A DNA stretch of 63,805 nt from Antechinus flavipes. Its lineage: Eukaryota. The stretch spans positions 11,160,196 to 11,224,000 of the forward strand of contig NC_067401.1 in NCBI RefSeq assembly GCF_016432865.1, written 5' to 3'. This document shows positions 1 to 28,320 of the stretch, in pieces. How positions within the stretch are numbered: the first letter of the stretch is position 1; every line of letters starts with the position of its first letter. The notes below the pieces were generated by a model. The model did not search any database. It was not told where the DNA came from and saw only the letters and a list, made by a program, of their open reading frames with translations. A program made the translations under genes and the position numbers.

Positions 1-66
1 CGGGTGCATCTCACAGAGTAGATGCTCCATAAAGGCCTCCTGATCGATCACTTGATTGAAAGCCTA

Positions 67-10996
<10,930 letters not shown>

Positions 10997-13599
10997 CTCC
11001 TCCACGTAGGGCAGCCTGGCCTGGGGCTCGGCTCCGACAGCTCCGCTCGGTGCCCCAAGCCCGGGGCCCCCGCTTCAGCGCCGTCCTCCCTCCCGGCACG
11101 ACGCCCGGCGCTGCCCGAGCCTTGTCCCCGCAGGCTCCCGAGTGCCGCCCGAGTCCGGTGTCGTCTCCCCCAGTCCCCTCGTCTCCTCCCTCCCGGGCGG
11201 GCCAGGGGCGGTTCCCGAGGAGCCGCGCTGGGCTGGCCTGAGCTGGACGGGGCAGTGCTGCTCCGCCCGGAGGGGACGGCTCGGGCTCGGGGAGCGGCCG
11301 CGCCGCCCCCTCCCCCCGCCCGCGACTCTCGCTGTTACGGGGGCCCCGCTGGGGCCGGGGGGGCGCGGAGCGCTCGGACGGTCCGGCCGGGACCCCTCCT
11401 CTCTTGCTCTTCCCACTGGGGCGCTAGTCCCTCCCCCGGGGGCCCGCAGAGCTCCGCGGTTCCGCCCCCAAGCCTGGAAGAACCGGGCTGTTTTTAGACA
11501 AGCGGGAGTCGCCGTGACCTCGCCAAAGTTACCAAACCTCAGTTTCCAGGGCTGTCAGACGCAGACATTGTACCGAGGCGTCTGAGGTCCTGCCCAGCCC
11601 GAGAGCCGGGACTGAGCTACCCCGAAAACCTCTAGAGGGAAATCTGCGCTCCTAGGCAGGGGGGAGGGGCGGGGGAGGGATCCAGCCCCAGCCAACGGGT
11701 CACAGTTCAAGGTGCTGAAGCTCCGGAGAGCTGGATCTGGGAGTGGGAAGGGGGTCGGGGACTCGGCCCCAGCCGGAGGCTTCCGCCCACGGGGGCCCGA
11801 GCTCCCACCGAAGCTGAGGTTCCTTATTCTCTTTATCTTCCCTCAGTCTATTGCAGACTCATCACTTCAGCACCTAGGGCTCAGGGGGCAAGTTCTGGAA
11901 GCTTCACTCAGGCCCACATGGGATTTCAGAGGAGAGGGGATTCCGAGCAGCTCTGTGTGGATCCCCCATCCTAAAATCCGGGTTGGAAAGACCAATCGCC
12001 CCATTTTACAAGTCAGTGAGCTGTCAGTCATCTCGGTAGCTGAAACAGCATTCTGATTCCAAATCCAGTCTCCTTCCGGAGCATCATCCTGTAGGTGGGA
12101 GCCCAAGGGGTTGAGGGCATAAACAGTTAACCAACGACGATCAGATGTTTACCATCTGCCAAGGAGAGTCCTTGCCGTCAAGGAGGAGAGGCTAAGAGTT
12201 CAAGGCCATGTTAGAGCTACAATAGCTAAAAAAAAAAAAAGTTCTTTAGATACCAAATGTCACCCACCCAACTTCTTTTAGACACCTGAAGTCACTTTCT
12301 ACAGGGCCCAAATTTATGCATTTAAGTCCTCTCCACTACCTGCCTGACTGCCTCATTTCCAATGAAATTTCCGGTTCCAATTCTTTCTTCACCCGACTGT
12401 CAAGTCTTCTTCCTGTCCAGTCTTGAGTTTGATTCTCCTGTTCTAAAACTTTTAGTGGCTCCCTATTGCCTTTATTATGAATTTCAATCTTCTCAGTCTA
12501 GGACTTCTTCAATCTGCTTCTTCTGATCCACCCTTCCAAGTTTATGTCACATTACTCCAACTTCATGCACGCTCTTTCTAACAATTCATGAAATAAAGGG
12601 GAGGATTAATAAAGTCTTTTTAAAAATTAATTCATTTGTTTATTCACTAAGCTGGACTGTTAGTTTCCTGATGAAGGGAGCCCTCCATGCTTGCAAGTCA
12701 CTCCCTTCTATCTGCTCCTTCCATTCTTGTCCTATCCAGGCTGAGCCCAAGTGCCCCCTCCTCCCCTGGTCTTCCTTGAACTCTCCAGCCCAAAATACTA
12801 GCTCCTTCCTGAACATTTCCTAGATCACTTTGAGTCTCTCTTTGCTCTGATGTGCTTCATTCTTATTTTGCATTTCTCTGTAGGGTCCAAGCACCTGAAG
12901 AGATTTGTCTGTTGTGTGTAGCTATTCCTGTGGTTTTTATGTGTGTGGACCATTTAATAAGAATTTCTTGACTTGATTCTCAATGGGAGAAGGCTCACTC
13001 AGCCACAAGTGGGGAGAAAAGCTGGACGTGATTTGGGGGGGGTCTTCCTGGGCTCAGCAGAACAGAATCATCAGTGGAAAGGAAGAAGATAGCAAGGATG
13101 TTGGCGGTGACCTCTTGGGGGAGGGGTGGCACGGATCCCTTTTCTCTTTATGTCTGCTGCCTCTCTTGGGAGCTGCCTCGAGTAATGGCTGGAATGATGG
13201 GGAGGGGGACGTCAAGGGGTGGCTGGAGACAGAAAGAAAGGCGGAAACCCCGGAGGGAGTTGCAGAAGCCACTCCCCTGAGAATGGCTCTAACTCGGCAG
13301 GGGTGTGGGGGGCAGAGGTCGCTTTTTTCTGGCAGGGCCCCAGGCCCGAAACCTGAGGAGCTGCTGACGTGCGGCCCCATGGGGAAAGAAGGGAAGAGGC
13401 CCCGTGTTCCAGAGCCCGGGAGTAGATGCGGATGGGGGAGGGGGGCTGCCAGGCGCAGGTGAGGTGGGCAGGAGGAAGCGGTGGGGAGAGGGCTTGGCAG
13501 CGAAGGAGCTGGGGGTGGGGCGGGCCCAGATGGGCAGCACCAGGGACAGGTAACATGGACCGTGCTAGGAATTGACTGCTGAGCGGGGAGGGTCAGGGT

Positions 13600-20652
<7,053 letters not shown>

Positions 20653-20915
20653 GCCACGCGGGAGCTCGTGCCGTCCCCTCCTCCCCATCTGGTGGGCCCG
20701 GCCGGGGCTTTGCTCTTCCTAAGTGCGGCTCCGGCGGGAGGAGGAGGGGTGAGGAAGGGCCTCGTTCTCTGGGAGAAAGGTTCTTCCTTCACTTAATGGA
20801 CTTGGGGATCGCTCGTGGTTTGTCAGAACTAAGTGGAAAACTGCCTGCTGACCTTCATTGGATCCCCACAGGAAGAGCTCAGGTTGAGCTTTCAGATACT
20901 TTGTGTGCTGGTTCA

Positions 20916-20921
20916 ATTAAA
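20916..20921 (+). terminator. Probable POLR2H polyadenylation signal (ATTAAA)
   Basis: ATTAAA 264 nt after the stop codon, followed by a T/GT-rich downstream element. Confidence 0.7.
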
Positions 20922-21222
20922 CTGTGATTTTTTTTTGTATTTGTTTCTCTTCTTGTCCTCCTGCCTACCTGGAAATTGCCTTTTCAGGTTCTTCTCCTGA
21001 AGCTTTTCATGCATCTGACTTAGGGCTGGGAGGTGATGTTTCTGGCCAGCCTCACTCAGCATGCCTCAGTATTTAGCCTGTGTGGTTCTGCTCAGGGTGT
21101 CTGGGCCCAGCCCCGGGGATGGCAAAGGACACGTTGGCCAGGATAGCTACTGAAGCACTTGCTTCCCTCTAGGAAATCTGTTCAAGTCTAGGATGAGTCG
21201 TTTGCATAGCCTGGAATTGATC

Positions 21223-21258
21223 GTGTGTGTGTGTGCGTGTGTGTGTGTGTGTGTGTGT
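21223..21258. repeat. (GT)n microsatellite
   Basis: Direct reading, one interruption. Confidence 0.9.
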
Positions 21259-23956
21259 TTTGCAATCATGGGTGGATGCCTTCTGACACGGACATGAGGC
21301 ATGATTGTGTCTAAGGAGAATGGGAACATGGGAGAGCATTTGATGGATGGGAATGCCAGTGGGGGGCTGAGTGATTGCATTTCTGCCAGGGATCCAGGAG
21401 GGAAGGTAAAAGGCAGTGGTTTTTGCTACCAGTAAGAACTAAAGAGGGAAAGGGGGCTGCTGCAAACACCTTTGAGGGCACCAGCAACACCAGGGAGACT
21501 CGGTCTGGTCCCTTGGCTTCAGAACAGTATGTCCCTTTAACTTTTGAGACTGCGGGCTGGGAGAACCTTGGGAAATGGCGGCATGTTAGCCGAGGCCTTA
21601 AACTGCCCGAGTCCCTGGTTTTCTTTTTTGGATGAAGAGAAGCAAGCTCAGGAGCCTGTAGTTCTGAGAAATTCTGGGCGGGACATCTGGGATCTGTCCT
21701 TTGGAAGCTGCTTTATCCCAGGAATTGGTCTCCTTAGATACTGCCTGCTGGGCCCTTCCCTGCCATTTTCAAGTCTGTGAAGAAGGTGTTAAGAACAGGA
21801 TTTAGGGGAATGGGTTGAAAGGGAATGAGCTCTGCAGGAAGAAAGGAAAAGTGTTTTTGTGGTTTCTCCCTTGGGGGGGGGCAGATGAAAGGGAGGGGAG
21901 GGAAGGGGGGAATGGAAATGAATGTATTTGAGAATCTCAGCAGCTTTCTGAAGTCTTAAGTCAGGGGGAGGAATGGGAGTGGATTCGAGGTGGATGGAGG
22001 GAGGAGAACACAATGGTCTCCAAATAGTGGTGGGCCGGAGGAAGGCCGGCCCGGGAGGCGCTGGGACAATCCACATGAAATACTGGTGTCCTGACAGTGA
22101 CGCTGGGGCCTGGCTGTCAGGGGAAGAAAGGCGCTGCTTTCCTCGGCTTGGCGGGCGTCCAGGTGTGGGCTGGCTTCGGGACTGGACTAGTTGGGACTAG
22201 AAAGGACTTTTTTTCTCTATATGAGTGGGGAGGCTCTTGGTCCGGAGCTATGTAGGTCAGCCTTCAGTCTCCGCTTGGAACTTCCTGGAGTGTATGTGTG
22301 AGTCGCCCTGAATCGGACGGTCCCGCGGCCACGCTTGAGTTGTGTCAGAGCTGGCTCATTTATATGCCATAAAGGGTTTTATTTGATCGCTGCCTCTCAT
22401 CCGGTTTCCCCAGAAGCAAATTGCAGGAAGCGGCTTCTCTTCCCTTCCTAGCCCGGGCAGGGGGACTTGGGGGTGGCAAGGAGCTCGCGTCTCTCCCGGC
22501 AGCCTGGGGTCAGTGCCGGCCTCTTCTGGGAAGGGGGAGAGGCAGCTCCAAGGCGGTCCCTTCTAGTGCCTCCCTTAGCCCGAGACCCTTTGGGGGTGAG
22601 ATGTCCTCCCCACCTCGTTCAGCCAGGCCCGAGCAGGGGCAGTAAGGCATCCTGCAGGCCTGGCATTCGCGCTGTTTGCCCCCGGCCGGCCCCACTCGAG
22701 AAAGGGAAGCGGCCGGAGGCCGCCCCTTGTCCTGGCCTCCAATAGCCAGATAAGGCCTTCTCGCCCTGCGTGTGGGACCGAGGCAGCAGTGCCCCGGCCC
22801 CCCCGCCCCGGCTTTGGGGACCCAGCTTGCAGCAGCATCCCTGGGGGTTCCATCGGAGAGCTTACTGGTCCTTGTTCTTGGGGGTCTCCCTGGTTCATGC
22901 TGGGAGCTTGCTTCTGCCGGGCATCTTGGACTCCCCGTGCCGGAAACCCCCCGCGTGGGAGATGGCAGAGAGCACTGGGCAGGGCTAGTAGAAACGGGCA
23001 ACCAGGAGAGTCAGACCTAGTGGCCTTGGGGGCGAGGGGGGCATGTGATGCCTTCTGGGCCTCAGTCTGTTAATCTGTAAAATGAGCCGCCCTAGACCAC
23101 TTAGGTCCACTCCAGCTCTGCTAAGCTTTGTTCTGTGATTCATCATCTGATGCTCAGCAGAGTTTGCCGGGAATCCTACAGAGCTCCTCTTTAGTCACTC
23201 AGGGCTTCTGGGAAATAGGGCACAGACTCTCCCCTCCTGCGGAGGGGAGCTGGGGGAGCCGGCAGGATGCTTCCTGCACTTCTCCCCGCCTCCGCGGGAG
23301 GGAATCGGGAGCTTGGAGCCGGTGAAATTTCCTCTGGGAGGCAGGCTGTTTGCTCAGCTGTGTCAGCCAGGCCTTGGCCTCCCTGGGGCTGTCTCTAAAC
23401 CTTAGCTGAGGTGTGAGGTTCCCCGGGACTTCCTGTCAGCTTTCAGGGATCCCACTTTCCCCTCCCAGAAGGCCCCCCTCACCTTCCTTCTGTCCTCCCC
23501 TGCTTTTCTGGGGCCGCTCGGACGCGGGCGCCAGGCAGGTGGCCGAGCAGGATTGGAGCAGATTCGGGGAGAGGGGGGAGGATTTGGAATATCACAGGCT
23601 TTGCTGTAAGAACGGTCCCCCCAGAAAGCCACGGAGGCTACAGGGATGGGGCCTGCCGTTTGTATTCCCCAGAGAGCTGCAGGTAGAGGTTTCGGGGTGA
23701 TGGAGAACCAGAGATCACCAGGAAGTGGGGGGGGGAGTTGTGAAGAAATGAACCAAAGGTTCCGGGAGAATCCACTTTTCTGACAAATATTTATCTGCTT
23801 AAAAAAATATTTTCTGAAATTGTACAGTGAAAAATGTTCCCTTCTGGCTGGAGGAGGCTCTGGGGGGTTGTGGGGAGGCCTCCGGGTTTCTGTAGCCTGC
23901 CCTCGAGTTCTGAGAGTCTGGCCAGGCTGGGCAGGGGGGCTCGGGCCAGGCTGGGA

Positions 23957-24637
23957 TCACGAGTGTTCCGGCCCGCTCCCAGGAGGACGTAGGTGGGGGC
24001 TGAGGTCCCTAGTCTCGTCCCGGGAGGGAAGGCAGCAGGGTGCGGGAGCCGGGTTACCTGAGCTTGTGGCCGAGGAGGGAGCAGAAGGGATGGGAGCCCT
24101 GGCTGTGGGGCCCAGTCGATCCCTGGGTGAGGGAGAGGGGGGCACGGGGTGTGCAGGAGGGGGGATGCTTGGGGGAGAAAGCAGTTCGGCCAAAGGAATG
24201 GGTGGTCGGAAGGTTCCCTCCTGACTGGAAGGCGGGTGGGAGTCTGCCGGAGCATTGCCGGCGGGTGCGGGGCAGGGAGCCTGGGTTCCGTTTGAGGGCC
24301 CCACGGTCACGTTCGGGTGCGTAGGGGCTCCGTCCGGGGCACTGGCCGTGCGGTTCAGCAGTCCGGGAATCCTGGTGGGATCGGGGGCCTCCGTGGCGGA
24401 GCTCCCCGGGCCCCTTTCCAGCGCTGCCAGGGTCCGGTCGGTGAGCCCAGGGGCGGTCCTGATGGAGGGCACGGAGCCGCTGCCGGGGGTCGCTGGGGCT
24501 GTCTGGTCCTGCCTGGCGCAGAGGATGGGCCTTAGTGCATGCAGCAGGAACCGCACCTTTCCTCGCAGGAGCTGCTGGAAGCTCAGGAAGATGGCCGTGG
24601 GCTCCCTGTGAGCTGCAGTCTGGCCCTTTGGGAGAGA
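23957..24637 (-). CDS. THPO: THPO last coding exon
   Basis: [32 protein letters not shown]...PEHS TGA. Confidence 0.93.
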   Translation of the reverse strand, partial: SLPKGQTAAHREPTAIFLSFQQLLRGKVRFLLHALRPILCARQDQTAPATPGSGSVPSIRTAPGLTDRTLAALERGPGSSATEAPDPTRIPGLLNRTASAPDGAPTHPNVTVGPSNGTQAPCPAPAGNAPADSHPPSSQEGTFRPPIPLAELLSPPSIPPPAHPVPPSPSPRDRLGPTARAPIPSAPSSATSSGNPAPAPCCLPSRDETRDLSPHLRPPGSGPEHS

Positions 24638-26826
24638 CTGGGGGCAGAGGACGGGCCCAAGGCCAGAGATCACGTCTCTGACAAGGGCAGGGGTCTCTAG
24701 GCCCGGGGGCGAGGAGGGAGAATGCGGCCCACCCGACACCCGTTGCCCGTTGCCGGGCACTCCTGGCTCTCTGGGAGGAGATGGTGCGAGGAAGAGACAC
24801 TTCCATGGGGCCTCGAGCGGGCTCTTACCGGAGTTCCCAGGAGGCCCTGCAGGGCTCCCAGGAGGACGTGCGTCTGGGCTGTGAGCTGCCCGAGCAGGGA
24901 CGAGAGGCAGCTGGGGCTCAGCTGCTTCCGGGCCGCGATCACCCCTTCCAGCAACAAGGTCACGGCTCCTAGGACCTCCTGCCCCTTGGTCTGCTCCTGA
25001 GAAAGGTGGGGCAGGAAGACCACAGTGAAGGGGCTGTGGGAGGGACGCTCCCGTCTGTGGCCTCCCTAACCAAGGCCGCCCCGCTTTTCTCGGACCCCTC
25101 TCCTCCTTCCTCGATCGGCCCTCGGCCCCCCGAAGGCCCTGCAGAAGCTCGTGGTTTCTGACTGTGGCGTCAGTCACAGGGCCAGAGGGCCCGGGCCTGC
25201 TCCTGCTTCTCCCCCGCCATCATGCCGTCGGGGGGCTCGAAGCTCTGGGAGTCCCAGCAGACGCCAAGCAGACAAGTTCTAGGGTCAGATCCCACCCCAG
25301 TCACTTACCACGTGTGACCAGAGGCAAGTCATGGCTCCTGGGCCTCTGTGTGAGAACGGGCGGCCGGCCCCGCCGGGACCCCAACGGCCCCTTCTGGGTC
25401 TGGGTCCTCACCGGCCCAACCGGACCGACAGAGGCTCGCACCCAGACCGGCCTCCCAAGTGGGCAGTGGGGAGCCCCCTCCCTTTGGGAGTGACGCGGCG
25501 GTCAGTGGGCCAGCCCTCGCTACCCGGCTCTAACGCCCGGCACCTCGGCCAGTGCTGGGGGCTGCAGCTGCGTCCCCACAACCGTTGCCGGCCAGAAAGC
25601 TCGGGGCCCACAAAGCAGCGCTAGAAGTTCCGGGGGGGGGGCCCTCACCGACGGGACCCGCTGCAAGTCTGGGGCTCCTCCAAGCAGGATGGGGCTGCAG
25701 GGTCCCCTTCGCCCCTCACACGAGGCGCGGGGCCCCCCAGGCTCCCAGGGAGCCTCCTGCCCTCCCCCAAAGCCTCCCTTGCCATTTCTCGGGCTGCTCC
25801 AGGAGTGACCTGGGCTGTGTCATCCTGCAGGGAGAGAGCTTGGCCCGGGGTCGGGTTTGTCGTTTCATTTTATTAAGACTTGGATGAAGCTTTTCCCATT
25901 TGTGAATGACCCAGCGTGGAAAGGGAGGCCAGATTACACAACTCGGGGCCGGCTGCCACGGTCGCCCAAGACGGACGAGAAGATGGGGCCGAGGGGAAGG
26001 GCTCTGGCCGCGGGGTCTGGGGGAGCTGGGCCCAGGATCCCAGCCCTGGGACATCTCACCGTCTTTGCTCTCCATTCCCGAAGGCTGAAGTCCACGGTGG
26101 GCAGCAGGACAGGGATGGGCAGCGGGCCGAGGTCCGAGCATTGACTCTGTGAATCGGGAGCGTGGGGTTGAGTCTGGGCGCAAGGAGCGAGGGCTCACGG
26201 GGGCAAGGAGCGAGGGATCACGGGTCCCTGCGGGAGACTGGGGAGGGGGCCACGCAGGGGCCCGCAGGAGTCTTACCAGTCGGCCGTGTAGGGCGGCAGA
26301 GTCTCGGAGCAGCTTGTTGAAGAGCCGGGGGTCGCAGACGGGAGCGGGGCTGGTCAGGGTGAGGGTTAATCTTGAAGTGAGGAGAAACATGGCCACAACA
26401 AGCAGCTCTGGCATGAGGAGGACAGTCAGAGGGTATTAGTTGGAATGGACGCAGACGTGGCTGCCAGCTTGAGGAGGGTGGGAGGGATTTGAAACCACAG
26501 GTCCTGGGTTCAAATCCTTACCCTGCCACCCATTAACTATATGATGTTGGGCAAGTTACTTCCCCCGGGTAAACCTCAGTTTCCTCGTCTGTAAAACGAT
26601 GACAACATTCCCTATATTGAAAGGAAAGTGCCTTGTAAATTTTAGAGTGCTGTAAAAATAGAAGCTATTATTAGTCTGGAGACGGTCCAGAAATTCCTAG
26701 TCTGAATGCAGGCCGCTCGGCCAAAGACTGATGCTCCAAACCCTAATTCCAGGAGGATTTAGAGCCATGAAGGATCATCCCTGCTGGAGCCCCCCTCCCG
26801 CCCGGGCACTCACCAGTCAGCTCCAT
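23957..26826 (-). CDS. THPO: Thrombopoietin, 359 aa, 5 coding exons
   Basis: complement join 26814-26826, 26277-26407, 26060-26146, 24829-24996, 23957-24637 = 1080 nt; MELTE signal peptide, [17 protein letters not shown], four cytokine-domain Cys, [15 protein letters not shown], Pro/Ser/Thr-rich tail with NRT/NVT/NGT sequons. Confidence 0.96.
24829..24996 (-). CDS. THPO: THPO coding exon 4
   Basis: [56 protein letters not shown]. Confidence 0.95.
26060..26146 (-). CDS. THPO: THPO coding exon 3
   Basis: [29 protein letters not shown]. Confidence 0.95.
26277..26407 (-). CDS. THPO: THPO coding exon 2
   Basis: [44 protein letters not shown]. Confidence 0.95.
26490..26675 (+). mobile_element. 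MIR-family SINE in a THPO intron
   Basis: cctgggttcaaatcc...gggcaagttac...cctcagtttcctcgtctgtaaaa...gctattatta. Confidence 0.75.
26814..26826 (-). CDS. THPO: THPO first coding exon segment (ATG GAG CTG ACT G)
   Basis: 13-nt coding segment followed by GTGAGT donor, as in eutherian THPO. Confidence 0.93.
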
Positions 26827-26896
26827 GCTGAGCAGGCGGGCTGCCGGGGTGGCTCCCTGCGGGGGGCCTGCTCCCCTGGGTTCCGCCCGGGGCCAT
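26814..26896 (-). other. 27-codon upstream ORF overlapping the THPO start codon (homologue of human uORF7)
   Basis: ATG at 26896, 70 nt upstream of and out of frame with the THPO ATG; [27 protein letters not shown]; stop TG|A is completed by the first base of the next exon (26407). Confidence 0.85.
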
Positions 26897-28125
26897 GGAG
26901 GCGGCTGGAGCGCTGAGCGCCTGGGCGGAGTGGGCTGCTGGCGCCGGGGGCAGGGGCTGGGGGCTCCTTCCGGGCAGCTGCGGAGCAGGACGCCTCGCTC
27001 GGAGCTCTGGGGGCGAGAGAAGCGGTCGTCGGCATCTGCGGGCCGGCTCTCGGGGACCCTGGCGTCAGGGCGGGGGGCTCACGGGGAGCTCCCCCACGCT
27101 TCGGCCAGGGGCGCCGGTGGGCACGGGGACGGGCGAGAGGCGGGCTCTGCCCACGGGGGGACAGCTGCTGGCTTAGGCTCCACCAGCGCCGAGTCCGGTT
27201 GGAGGGTGGGGTCGGGGTGTGAATGAGCAAGGATTCGGGGGCGGCTGTGGGAGCACCTGGGGGTGACTGAGAAGGCCTGGAGGGGGAGAGAGAGCTCCCT
27301 GCTCGCTTAGCTTTGTCCCTCTCTCCGTTCACCTAAAAGCCACGTGGATCTTTCCGCCCCCTCCTCGTCTCCCGGGATCTCTGGCTCCCAGACCGGACCC
27401 TGGATTAGGGGAGTGGGGATCCTCTTGTGGCCCCAAGACTTCCAGGAACTGGGTCCCACTTGGTTCCTTTCTGGGGCTGTGGCCTCTGCACTTCCAAGTG
27501 TGTCCCTTCCTCCCTGCCCCCAGCAGGCCCCTTTCCAGCCCCTCCCAGGACCCCCCACACGGCTTCCTCTTTTCACAAGTTGTGCAAAGAGGTCTGCACC
27601 TGATTCAATATTGGGATTTCCTGTAAGTCTGTCAACAGGGCTGGACCCTCCCCCCTTTACCTTCCACTCCTCCGCCTCGTTCTTCTCCCCCAGATCCCGG
27701 AGGCCCTGAAATCGGCCTCAGCTTGGACGGGGACAGGCCAGGAAAGTGATGGGGAGGTTCACGTTCATCCCGAGAAGTTCTTGCCTCCCCCCAAGCCCCC
27801 AGAGATGGGATTTCCAGGGCTGAGTCAGCTTCCCTTTAGCCGGCTCCCCTCCCTCTCTTTTTGCCGCTGTGGGGCTATACCCCCTTATAGGGAACTATAA
27901 CTGCCTTTAGGAACGAGGCCTCCTCCTCTCCCCCACACCCCACCCCCTACTCCAGCTCTGGCTCCGGCCTGCTCCTCCCATTCTGGGAAGAGGCTCCAGG
28001 CTTCCTGACAAAGGTCAGTGGCTCCAGTGTAACTGCCCTTCCCCCAGCCCCAAAGCCTCCTTCCTACCTCTTCCACCCCTGACCAGCCTCCCCGCCCGCC
28101 CTCAGCCCCCCATGCCCACACTCAC

Positions 28126-28230
28126 CAGGTGGAGAAGAGCCTCGGGCGCAGGTGTCTGAAGATGGCCCGGCAGGGGACCCAGAGCCCTGGGGCCCAACCC
28201 TTCCAGAGCAGTAGGGTCACTCGCCCGTCC
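28126..28230 (-). other. THPO: Probable THPO non-coding 5' exon (5' limit approximate)
   Basis: Ends ...CTTCTCCACCTG|GTGAGT (GT at 28125-28124), resembling the recalled end of the human P2 first exon; CCAAT and ETS-like motifs just upstream. Confidence 0.6.
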
Positions 28231-28243
28231 CGGTCACTCCTGC

Positions 28244-28320
28244 CCAATCAGAGCAGGGAGCCACCGAGCACTGACTGGGGCCCCCGGATGTGACGCCCTC
28301 CTCTTCCCGCCCACAGCCGC
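28244..28320 (-). promoter_or_regulatory. Putative THPO proximal promoter (CCAAT, ETS-type CCGGATGT, GC box)
   Basis: CCAAT near 28246; GGCCCCCGGATGT 28279-28291; CCCGCCC near 28306. Confidence 0.5.

Noticed and set aside
10997-11005. GTG-initiated MEE extension of CLCN2 given by the ORF track
   Set aside because: The ATG at 10996 matches the known MAAAA start; nothing supports the GTG.
23957-25177. 406-aa ORF as a single-exon gene
   Set aside because: It is the THPO last exon plus read-through of intron sequence; the true acceptor is at 24639-24638.
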